A stretch of 63,447 nt of DNA, the filler included, from Diploschistes diacapsis (Eukaryota), in NCBI GenBank assembly GCA_023645945.1. It is 18 parts of 18 records of this genome, joined end to end, with 100 filler letters (N's around TTAATTAATTAA, not from the genome) between each part and the next. Parts side by side here need not be neighbours in the genome. Positions count along the whole stretch, not along the records: positions 1 to 20,561 come from JALAIB010000338.1; positions 20,662 to 21,955 come from JALAIB010003389.1; 16 more parts are not named here. One strand, written 5' to 3'. Below are positions 10,940-22,055 of this stretch, one piece after another. The notes under the pieces are model-generated. The model ran no database searches, was not told the DNA's origin, and worked only from the letters and a program-made list of their open reading frames with translations. The stretch's first letter is position 1. Every line of letters starts with the position of its first letter. Position numbers and translations under genes: made by a program.

Positions 10940-13223
10940 GAATATCTGGCCACTTTCTTCCGCTCTTCAAATCAGTCCGCAATTAAATTTTCCAAGATAG
11001 GCGTGTCCACCAGGTCGGCTGTCATTATGACATCAAACCAGGAAACATCCTCTACAAAACTGGAATGCTGATACTCTCCGACTTGGGCCTGTCGAAGCTG
11101 CAAAGTGAGGAAGAAGGTTTCCAAAACCCTATCCAGGCGCGGCGAGGGGAGATATCTGGCGCCTGAATGCGAACCATCGGAAGATGGTTTCAAACCTGGC
11201 AAGATTGGTAGGGCTAGTGGCGTATGGTCATTAGGTTGTGTCTTTGCAGAAGCGCTGGTCTGCATGTGTGCTGAGGCTAAGGAAGCCCCAGCAATGGTGA
11301 AGAAATTCTACGATGACAGAAAGATAAAGCTGGGTGGCAAATTCACCTGCACTCACTTCTGCATCGATAATTATGTTAATCCGGTCATTGCAAAGATCTT
11401 GAGCGCCTATACCGCAAACTCTTCCACCAAGCAAAAGCTCCGGAATTTCGCTGATATTCCAATAGTCATTAAAGCTGTCCTACAACTCGAAGCCCTAAAC
11501 CGTCCCCGTGCTGAAGATGTGACCAAGCACCTATTCTATGTCGCCCAGACAGCCGTTTGCGGCGATATCTTCTCTGCTATTGAGAGAAACTCTGATCAAA
11601 TAGATCTTGGGTTGCAAGTTGAGTTTCAGCATTTGATAATCTGGCGGGCAGTTAGCGGGTTTGATGCTGCTCGTCTGGAGGAACCAAAGCCGACATGGTT
11701 CGCCACTACACACAGTTACCAGGAGTATGACGCTCTGCAGGAGCTTCTAAAAAGCAGATTCTAGCGGAAGTTAGGTTCATAAAAATGGAACAGGAAAAGG
11801 AACATCGTCCGCCGTTGAATCTTTTGAAGGAACAGATGTTGCATACTGCTCGTATAGCGATCCAACAGCATTCGCAGGTATCCGACGACCGTGAAAATCT
11901 ATGGTCTAATAACGGAGGACTAGCGACTTATTTGGGAGGCTTAAGCCCGCGGCACTCAGCCTGTCTGGCTACTATGAGAGACATTACTTCTGCTATACAG
12001 CAGGAAAGTTTTCACGGCCGCGATATGTGCCTTAGCAAATCCTCCCTAGAGGGACCGCTGGCTGAAGTCAACCACCAACTCATTTTTCTAGATGTGGAAA
12101 CGAAAAGCCGAGTGCTCATCGAAAGGTTGACGTATGAAGAAGCATGTGTCTCCCACGTTGGGGAGCTCGTGGAGCGTATGGACGCAATTGCAACTCTCAG
12201 CAGCAGGAGTATCGTCAACAGCATCTTTCCCGTTCTCGAATACAGTGGTTACTACCACGACACGTCAAAGTTCGAGGTTGGTTTTGTCTATGATATTCCC
12301 GCTTTACGAGGAATACCGACCCAATAGCGTTTGCGAAGGCATTCAAATTGACATCGTCCAGGTCTAAGCAACCTTCCCTGATGCAAAGGTTTGAGCTCGC
12401 AAAGACTCTGGTATCCCAAGTGTTGGACTTCCGTCAAGGCGACTGGCTTCACAACAGCTTCTCGGCCCTGAGCATAATTTGTTTTCCAGACGTATTCTCC
12501 ACGATCGCGGAGTCACTAGCTTCTGTGTACTTTATCGAATTCAACAACAGCCGTACCAATACCGTCGATGCTTACACCGTATTGCCGCTGGTTACGAAAA
12601 GGAATACCAGCACCTACTGTACCTGAGTAGCGAGAAACCCTATATGGGCGAGGACGGAGATCGACCACCCCAACGTTGTCGCCAAGAATTCGACTACTAT
12701 ACCACCGTGATGGTGTTAATTGAGATCGATAGTTGGAAACATTTGGGAGAGCTCACTTGCAGCATCAAGGTCGAAAAGGTCCTTCAGGCCTACCTGCTCG
12801 GCTCCGGACCTGAAGTATTCAGCCTACATCACCTACCTATCTACCTACCGACCTAACTACGAAATAGAACAGAATCTAGACCTAATCTTATCTGATGCTG
12901 CCTACGAGAGCTGGCGCGTCTTTGAAGATGAAATACTACCTAGTAGCTGGTCTACGACACCTAGGAGCGGCGAAAAACCTCCTACGACGACAAAAGATCG
13001 ACCAATCAGAACCCTCGATCTAATCAGTATTTAGTCCGCAAAAGCTTCACGATGAAATGTTAGAGAACCTCGTTCCCGTCGTCAAAACATATATGGACGA
13101 TAGGTATGGAGAAGCGGTACGCTATTGCTTGACAGCGTATGATGGAGAAGACAGACCTCCAGAACGGTATGGGATGCTTTTGCTGAGAATGTTGTTACTC
13201 CGTTAAGCAGATGTTCGGCTTGA
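10940..13223 (+). pseudogene. Decayed 5'-truncated kinase - HeLo-like helical region - pseudokinase-like gene
   Basis: Kinase C-lobe: 'GCHYDIKPGNILY...LILSDLGLSKL', 'RYLAPEC', 'GVWSLGCVF', 'RPRAEDV'. Then 'LGLQVEFQHLIIW' (HeLo-like LxxExxRLxxW pattern). Then 'PSLMQRFELAKTLVSQVLDFRQGDWLHNSFSALSII', 'QEFDYYTTVMVLIEIDSWKHL' and 'MDDRYGEAVRYCL', typical of the kinase-like tail of fungal HeLo proteins. Stops and frameshifts throughout. Confidence 0.65.
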
Positions 13224-13289
13224 AGATTTAGCGACCCACAGGATGGCAAGTTGGACAAGCAAAGAGAATAAACTTATCAAAGAGGTGGC

Positions 13290-14076
13290 CTGTATATTTA
13301 TCACGTTTCCGCCATGTAGTAAAGTGTCAGCCAATGCTCCGGACCTTTCCTCGATCTGGCTTTTGCGAACACGATCTCAAGGAGCACTTTCTCTTCGTCG
13401 CACTGATCCAGCTGATGAAGTACTGCAGCGAACGGACCGACACTGTTCGCTGTTCGCTCGTGGTCGCCGCCCAGCATTTCCTGCGTTTCTGCCGGGTTGG
13501 GAACGGCGATGCGCTCGGCTTCGACAAGCCGGTGCTCGCGCAAATAGACCAGACCCAACGCATATCTGATATGCAGATGGAGAGGGCGCTTGGCTCGGTC
13601 TCCGTCGTATGGTCCTCAACGGCCAGAGCCTTGGTGCAGATATCCTCGGCTTCAGCGTACTGCGAGCCCGCATTGTAGGTGAGAGCGGGCAGGTGCGTTG
13701 AGACAATAATTTGGGGAGTATTATCGGCTCAGAGAGTTCTGCTGCTCCGTAGACCCCTGTGTAGTAACTATTTGGCTTCGTCGATACTGTTTTTACTTTC
13801 GATAAAGGCCTTCCAATATTGCATGCTTCTATTTGCGGATGGCGATCAATCATTGAGCACTGGGCACAGGTTCAGCATCCAGGGATCTTCACTATTTGTA
13901 TGGAAGCCAGCCGGATGCTGAATGAATAGAATTTCTCCCATGATGAAAGGCAAGCCCAGAGCTGCAGTCTGGTCTAAGCATGGAGGACTGAGGTGGATAT
14001 GTTGCGCGAGAACAACGTGGCCGCTTTTACGCGGCAGTAGAACAGCGATCGCCCTAAGTTTGCCTTGGCGTAGCAC
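13290..14076 (-). pseudogene. Decayed TPR-repeat (kinesin-light-chain/NLR-sensor type) gene fragment
   Basis: 'MGLVYLREHRLVEAER...EMLGGDHERTANS', 'ARSRKGPEHWLTLYYMAET' and upstream 'QYAEAEDICTKALA' match the LGxEHxxTL TPR repeat; reading frame is broken. Confidence 0.6.
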
Positions 14077-14355
14077 ACAGGGCAGTAATATAATACAAGC
14101 TTAGGTAACTCAACATCATGAGATTTTCCAGATCAGAGAAAATGTTCCGTGAATGGATGTCTGCAATACAAAAAAGCAGTCAAATCATAAGAATTGGTCT
14201 AAATCGTTCCTTGACCAGGATACTGCTCTCAGATGAAGAAGGAGCAAAGGATTTGTCCATTGATAGTGCCATCGCTTTACTGAACTTAACCATTTGTATA
14301 CGGCCAATCTCTATAACCAATTGAACAATTATTCTCCTCTGTGCAGGATGAAGCT

Positions 14356-17300
14356 ATGGGCAAAAGATTGGATCGTGAGGAGGCGGAGGAGGGACGACCA
14401 ATCGCCAAGCGGCTGAAAGTGCATCAAGGTGGTTCACGCAGTGAAGATATCACTGAGATAAAGAGTGTGCAAGATCTCAAGCATTTGCTCACCTTCACAC
14501 AGGATGACTCGCCTCGGCTGAGACTCAGTAGGCGCTCAGAAAAACCTATTAGAGAAGCAATGCTAAGTTGCGGTAGATCTACAAAGGTTCCGACTTTTTT
14601 TGGAAGATGTTGGGTTGCAACTCGGTAGAGACAGCACCTCTCCTGTATGCTTGCTGTTGCTTGATTTCTGGAAATCCGTCACACCTGCAGATGACGATAT
14701 TACATCAGATAGTCTGCCTGATCTCATTCAGGCATGGAGCTTTGCAGTCCAAGCGAAGAATTACGGGTTGATGTCTGCCATTCCGGGCATTCTGGCATTG
14801 TTGCTACGGACTGTCTCGGCGGCTATCGACTTTCGGGCTCTTGGGAACCGACTATGCAGAACCATTTTGAGGGAGGATAACATGGCCTTGCTGGATGGAG
14901 GCTTGAGCGCACCTCCGATCAAGGATCACCTGATCATTCCATGCCTCAGGTTGCTTTGCGAGATTGTATCCTTCGACGGAGGCAGCCACACACGCGCTGT
15001 CTACAATCGAAGGGATGTCACCTTCAAGCGGCTGAATGTGTTCTTGGGAATGCGTAACTCAACCGGTAGTTCATCTGAGAAAGAACCTCAGAAGACTTGC
15101 GGGAGAAATTGTGCATTTCAGTATATCCTCCTCAACATCCGTTTTCAAGATAAAGTGGCGCAGGCGGAGTTGCTCTCTCAACCCAACCTTACTCGAGTAT
15201 TGTTTCAGACTCTCAGTGATGATTCCCCACGAATGATTTCTTCTTTCCTTGACACTGTCAAAACGTACATATTGTCCAACACAGCTGTCCCAAAGATAGT
15301 CAAAACCCGCCTATTGACTGATGCTAACTTGAGGCACGTTGCGAATCTCTTCCAATTAAGGGGGAATTCTGCTGATAGTAACGCTGGTGGTCTCTCTATT
15401 CCTGATTTAGCGCAAGAAGTTTTAACACTTGCGTGCACCTCGAGGCAGCATGGTATCCTCATCAAGCAATACGGATGGTATCCACCGGGCAAAGAGAACG
15501 AAATTTCGAAGAAAGAGGCAAACAACACCTATGACTTTTCCTCCAACAATGAAACATCTGAAAAATACAAGAACAAAGTACCGGTCAAGAATACAACGCT
15601 AGCTTCGTTTCTACAAGATCTTCGGCCTTGGGCTGAGTCTCGAGAGAAGGAGCTTACTTTGGCCATCTTTAAATCCGCCCCCGAATTGGTTGCGGACTAC
15701 TTCAAAAGAAAGCAAAACTTCTCGTTTGACCCGAAGCTCTCCGTGACCTGGATCGGTTATTCGTCCTTTCTCCTTTCTGTGATCAACCTCCCTATCCCAG
15801 TCCCGGAGCTGTTCGTTGGAGATGAGATAAGAGCTCCACCTTCTGTCAGCATCATTATGGAGTGTATCATGCCCAGTCCGCTGACGCCAAAGGTCTTGAA
15901 GAAATGCCTTAACCATACTTCCACTCTTGTCAGATTATTTGCAATCCGTATAATGATTGCAGCATTTCAAAAAATGCAACAACTGATCACTGCTTTGAGC
16001 TCGAACGAGGTTCCTTTGCTATGGAGAAGACTACTGTCGTCTGCTCTTATCGACTTTCAATCAAGGTTCCCAGAGCTGAGTTCTATCGTTAGCGTATTCA
16101 AGAATTGCGGCAAAGATCAGAGCGTCTTGAATGATGCTTCAGCTTGTCTGATTGTTCAATACCATAAGGTTGCTCCGACAATCGCTGAAGGTGAGAAGTT
16201 CGACGTGTCCACCTACCTCACGGACATGCTACAGAAAGAAGATGTCGATATTGTTAGCGATGCGGAAGCTTTCCCCTCCTTTGGGTTAGGGTATCTACTT
16301 GAGATGGGTAACTATTCATTCGAATCTCGGTGGTGGCAAAAGCCAGGTATAACATCGATTCTTCAGATAGGATGACTCTTGCTGATGTTTTGCACAGAAA
16401 GGTTGGCTTTTTCGCCATTTACGTCAATCCTTCGGCTAGTATCGCAAGCGGAAAATAGACTAACGCAATCTATCCAAGAACTGCTACAAAAAATGGTAGA
16501 TGAGCAGAATGTTCTTCAGCATGATCACGACGTCAAGTCTTTGCATGCGCTAATTCAGAGCCTCCGTCCGGATAAAGATTGGGCACCCAACGCAGCGCTA
16601 TTTGAGTTCCTTGACAACTGCGTGTTACGATTGGTGCAAAAGCCTGTTAAATACTTTGCGGAAGCCCAGGAGCTTGTTGAGAGCACAGTAGAGAGAGCTC
16701 CTCTCAGCAACTTATTCCTAGTTATAGCGGAGCAATGGCCTTTCTTTACGAAGGATCATGAAGATGCAGAAATTACTCTGCTTTCAGTGTGGCTCTCAAG
16801 ACTTCTGAAGCTGGCTACAAATGCAGGGGAACATCGGCAAGCTCTGCGAGCTGTGTGCCATCGATTACAGTCTGATAACACTTCTAAAGCAACGATATCG
16901 ACTCTTGAAGCATTGCTCGAAAGCGGCAATGACACTGGAGACTCTACTATTCAGCCAGCTGTCGATCCGCCGGAGCAGGCTCGCGACGTGGAGTCAGCTG
17001 CGAAGGATTCGAGTATCGCTTTAGATCGTATGTCCATGATTCTACATCAAAAGTTACTCCCGTCAGACGAAACAGAGCAATACACTAGTTTAAGTAATTG
17101 GCACAAGAAGGACATAGCAGAAGCTATAGAGGATTTCGACATCGGCAACCTGTTCCTCTACCTCAGCTCACAACATGAAGAGATTCGTCGTCAGGCGATC
17201 CTACAACTGCGACGCCTGATGTCAAATCTACAAGTAAGTTTTGTTGCACTAATTAGACCTCGCTGATCCCAGTTCAGGTTTCGAATTATAGCAACCGACT

Positions 17301-17986
17301 GCAGATTTATCTTTTGGCAGGAATCGCTGCACAGACTTCAGAAGAAAGCGTCTCCGATGGGCCTTTGCCTTCTATAGCAAGCGTTATAGCGGCAAGGCTG
17401 ACTCTTGTCCTTCATAATCCGCTACACTGTCTATTTGGCAAAGCCAACCAGTTCATGAACAGGAGTCCCATTTGGAATCCCTCCAAATTACCGTCATACT
17501 GGATCGACAAGATTTTCTTATCCCCTCCAGAACAGGACGAGGCTCATCAGAACGAAGTCGATTGGTTGCTTGAGGCATTTATACAGGGACTTCGTACTCC
17601 AGCTGTCAGTCTGTCCATATTCTCCTATGCACCGTCTGACCTTCATGCTTTAGGACCTCAATCTTTACCGAAGGAGCTCGGTTCTTGAACGTGTAATGTC
17701 ACTAGCTGCGTCGCCCAGGCTATTCAAGGCTTCTGTAGAGAAAGTCGTGCACCTCCAGTATCGCTGCACATTAATAGGGGGAGCCAATACTCTGGTAACC
17801 CGCTGCGGGACGCTAGGCTGGATTCAAGAAAAGAAAGCTGCGAAGGCCGTCGATCAACTGTTACTGCAATGCCTCGATTGCAAAGTCAGGGAACAGTGTG
17901 ATCAACAAAAGACTCTAAGCTGGCGCTGTGGAAATAGCTTTCGAGGGCGAAGTTTCTCCCCTGGGGGGGCGACTATATGTAGCTAG
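14356..17986 (+). CDS. URB1: Nucleolar pre-ribosomal-associated protein 1 (Npa1/Urb1), multi-exon
   Basis: Long spliced ORF with 'LRLLCEIVSFDGG', 'LRPW', 'IFKSAPELVADYF', 'FSFDPKLSVTWIG' and C-terminal NopRA1-like 'LHNPLHCLFGKANQFM...EVDWLLEAFIQGLRT'. The first intron GTAGG...TAG joins MGKRLDRE to the 591-aa ORF. Confidence 0.85.
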
Positions 17987-18437
17987 AGCCAGTTCCCTAA
18001 TCTTCACCTCCATGCCAGGGAGAGTTCAATGACTTGGCTAAAACACCATTGAATGTCTTCCATGACTCTGGCCACGAGAAGCCGTTCCAATACCGTCTGT
18101 GCCTCCTTAATAATCCTCGGAAGGAGGCTTCGCATTTTGGGTGTATGTGATTCTTGTAACTTCCATCCGCCTTTTTGAAACATTCAGAATTGCCGCCCAT
18201 GACAACGAATCTTGACACACAATTAACCTTTAGTCCGACCAAAACAATTCAGTTTCTCTCAAATGATACGTTATTGAATTCTGACTTCTTCACAATTGTC
18301 CCCTTTCGAGCTACACCTACCTCCACCCGATTTCACCACCATTCCTCTCCCCAGCTGTACTTCTGGCATGTCTTGCTCATGACCCAGCTTCATAACTTCC
18401 TTCAAATATTTCATGACCCGAACCAAACTGCAGAGTC

Positions 18438-20561
18438 ATGACGGGGCCCCAATATCGACCCGAAGAGCTGGTCCGGCTACGCGAATCCCCACTCGTTTCA
18501 AAGCCAGCAAGCCTGCCACCAGTGGAAGAATGGATGGGGTAAATCCTTGCTCGAAGCTGACTACAATCAATGCTAATAAGAGCTCAAAGCCCACTGCAGG
18601 AGCAAGTACAAAAGAAGCTGAATGGAGCACGAGGCAAACAAGAGGGGTCTTTTGGGAATGATACCCATAGCAGACCATCGCTGCTTGAAACGAGGCATAT
18701 ATCTAGAACATCTGGCAACGGTATTTACCTCTGCATCGTATTCATACGAGGCAAACATTATGGCTGATGACCATTTTCCTTAGTCCCCAGTGATATCGTT
18801 CTTGGTCCTCCGAAAACAGCTTTCGCATCAGCAAGCGCTCTGAAATCTCCGAGACCGTTTGATTCACCATCGCGCTCCGCTTTTGGGAATTTTGGTGGGG
18901 AGGGGTCGAGACCAGATTACTTTGGACAGAGGGGGAAATATGGCGGTGAGAGAGAAGGCAAGGATGACAGGTCGAGGGACAACCCTGTTTCGAAGCCCAG
19001 ATTTGACTTGGACGATTGGTCGGGTCCTCGATCCGCAAGAAACTTAACTAGTGGCGAAGAGAATTCCGTTCGCCGACATGGTGAAAGGGAGGGGGGAAAC
19101 ATGTCAGGCGACCCACATGATAGCCGGAAGCAAGCCTACAGAAACCAGGACATCAGCAGGCGCGAAGGGGAAGAGAGTCGTCGCAGCGGAGCTGGAAGGG
19201 GTTCCAAACCCTCCTGGTTTAGGGACGACGATAGCTCCAGTGCTCCGAGGGACGGTAATGTGGAGAACATTCGAAGCCGAGAATGGCGCGAGAGCGACAG
19301 GGGGCTGCGCCGAGGAGGTGAAAGAGACTGGCTAAGAGGTGGCAGAGCCGAACAAGACCCGGAGTGGATGGCAGAAGAGAAATTACAGGAGAAAAAAGGG
19401 AGGCACACTGCTGAGGACATCGAACAGTGGAAGGCTGCTATGCGTGCACAGAGCCAGAGCGTCAAGGAAGATACTGCCTCTGATGCAGATGCTCATAAGT
19501 TTCGTGCAACCTCGGGCCCAATAATGCAAAAGATGAAGGTTGAGACACCGCTGGCAGCACTTGACAACGGAGCCGACACTTTCTTCAACATTTGGGACCG
19601 ACCGAACGCGGAGCAAGACCAGAGCGTTCAAAGCTCGGAGAATGCATTCAAACCTCAGACCACGCGACAGGCTGCACCGAAGTCGTCTAGATTTACTGGA
19701 TTCTTTAGTCCACAGTCTACTACCGTTTCCAAGGCCGCTGATCTTCCTGGTCCGCCCACCCAAACTGCAGCATGTGCTCTGCCAGCAGCAGATGAGTCTG
19801 CACTTAAGACTTTCAAGCCTGCCTTTAACGAACAGCCTAGTGACGATAAAGCCGGTTTTGAAAGAATGCTCCAAATGCTCCGTAAACCGCAATTCAGTAA
19901 TGCGGAAGCCCAACAAGAGCAGGAACTTACTATCGGGGATCCTGGGTTTTTCAAAAATGATCAGCAAGACCTCGATCCACTTTCTCAACACCAACGGCAG
20001 TCGCCCAAGGTGCTGTCCCCCAAGTCACAGAGAGCTCACGGGTTTGAAACCCTGCTAGGGCCACAGTCTCCTCGCGACCCTCCGCCAGTCTACAACAAAG
20101 ACACGGAGTTCCTTCTAAACCTTCTCCGCAAAGACGACACCTGGAAGCAATCGGTCCCTCACCTAGCCAAAGCATCGAACAACAACGCTCCCGGCATCTT
20201 ACCGCATCCCAATCTGATGGCCCAATACCCCCGTCCCTCCCAGGAAGATAGCCAGAACGCTTTTCCAGAAGACCAGCCCCCGGGAGGTCATCCCCGCCAC
20301 GTTGACAAGCTCAACCCCACTACAACTGCCGGCCTTCGCCCCCAGCGCCAGCCAGCACCCTTCGACGAGCACAACGACCCCCACCACTTCCTCCCTCCTT
20401 TCTCCATGGGCAATCCCAGCATCCCTCCTCCCAGCCTGCAAGGCCCTCCAGGCTTCGACCACCCGCTTCCACCCGGTTTCGTAGGCTTCATGTCGCCACA
20501 GCAGCAAGGTACCCAGCACCAGCAGCGTGCCGGCCCCATGGTGCCGCCCCCCGGCTTCCCC
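18438..20561 (+). CDS. 4E-T/Eap1-like eIF4E-binding, low-complexity protein (3' truncated at contig end)
   Basis: Exon 1 MTGPQYRPEELVRLRESPLVSKPASLPPVEEWMG contains YxxxxL-phi. Exon 2 reads ...RPSLLETRHISRTSGN. Exon 3 has 'DIVLGPPKTAFAS', 'EQDPEWM', 'SSRFTGFF', 'FERMLQML' and PPGF repeats. Confidence 0.7.
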
Positions 20562-20661
20562 NNNNNNNNNNNNNNNNNNNNNNNNNNNNNNNNNNNNNNN
20601 NNNNNTTAATTAATTAANNNNNNNNNNNNNNNNNNNNNNNNNNNNNNNNNNNNNNNNNNNN
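20562..20661. other. Artificial contig spacer N44-TTAATTAATTAA-N44 (first of 17; others start at 21956, 42616, 44009, 45402, 46794, 48185, 49576, 50967, 52357, 53746, 55135, 56524, 57910, 59295, 60680, 62064)
   Basis: Identical 100-bp spacers whose 12-mer puts stops in all six frames; the small contigs decrease in length from 1294 to 1284 bp. Confidence 0.99.
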
Positions 20662-21105
20662 ACGTGACCGCGTATTGACATGGATAAAACCTTATCTCGA
20701 CGTATACTTAAGAAGTTAAGAAAATAATTACGGAATGTTTAAAAATTTCGTAAAGTTCAAGAAATAGGTCCAACTGACTTTCAAAATAACTAACAATAGA
20801 AAATATGCGATTCGAGTTATCAAAATAGTTAATTAAAGAAGCTCGATTTCGGAATATATAATAAAATTTTAAAAATACGTTAGACTAATTAAGTAAAATA
20901 AGGAAACCTTAATAGAAATATATAAGAACGGATTCAAAAATTTAATTATAAATAAATTTATACGTAATTAAAATTAATTTTGAAGTCTATCGGTCTTTTA
21001 AATTAGAATAATAATTATAAACGACCGATTATTTAATCGAGAATAAGAACGTCGTTTTAATCGAAGCAAAACTATTAGATTAAGATTTCGCTACCATATT
21101 AATTA

Positions 21106-21955
21106 ACGTGTTTGACGGTGAGTCCGGCCACCCCCAGAGTCCGGCCACCTCAAATCACTGTTTTCATCTTACATTCGATTTTTCTTAACAATGACTACCT
21201 CGTATCGTAATAATTCGATTCTAATAAAATTTAATATCAACGACTGTTTATAGACCCTAAAATCATAACAATATACTAGCATTCGAGAAACTACTCGCGC
21301 ATTTAAAGTATCTCGATCGACCATTATAGATCGATTTAATGAAGCTTAATTATGCTTTAATAGCCACGAAACGATTTAAATCCTCTTAAATTTAGAAGAA
21401 AAGACATTAGTACGATAGATTATACGTTTTATATAAATTGGCTTTCCTGCATCGCCTACGTTGGTGATAGATATAATCGAAGAGATTCGACGCGAACGTA
21501 TTCGATTCGGTTCGAATTTAAAAATCATAATCGCGAATCTTTAATCTATCGATAAATATTAAATATCGCGATTTCGTAAATAATTTCTTGAAATTATTAA
21601 TATTTAAATAAAATAAATCGAGTTTAATAGATTTAATGTAATAAATTATAAGGTTATACAACGGTAGTTCGATGCAGTGATAATTTAATATAATAAGAGG
21701 TAATACGCGCCCGAATATATCTATAATATAAACGAGTTAGGTTTTAATATTAATAATAATTCTTTTTTTAAAGCCTTCGTTTCGAGTCGAACAGGCTCGA
21801 ATTAAAAAGTTATTAAAAAAACAAAAATAAATAATTATGATCGAATATATTTTAATTATTAACGGGATATTATCGTTTATAATCATTTTTAAAGTATTAT
21901 ATATTAATATTAATTAAATTCTAGTCGAAATGCCTCGAAACTGATTGTTTAATAT
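21106..21955 (+). mobile_element. Fot1/pogo (Tc1-mariner) transposon family 1, 5' part, RIP-degraded
   Basis: TA followed by TIR ACGTGTTTGACGG with internal direct repeat (GAGTCCGGCCACC x2). Degenerate transposase starts ATGACTACCTCG at ~21191 (HTH/CENP-B remnants such as 'EEKTLVR*IIR', 'IYNINELGF'). Confidence 0.85.
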
Positions 21956-22055
21956 NNNNNNNNNNNNNNNNNNNNNNNNNNNNNNNNNNNNNNNNNNNNT
22001 TAATTAATTAANNNNNNNNNNNNNNNNNNNNNNNNNNNNNNNNNNNNNNNNNNNN

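Noticed and set aside
20606..20617. Recurrent TTAATTAATTAA palindrome at regular ~1.39-kb spacing
   Set aside because: Always centred in N runs; it is an assembly linker with stops in six frames, not a biological repeat.
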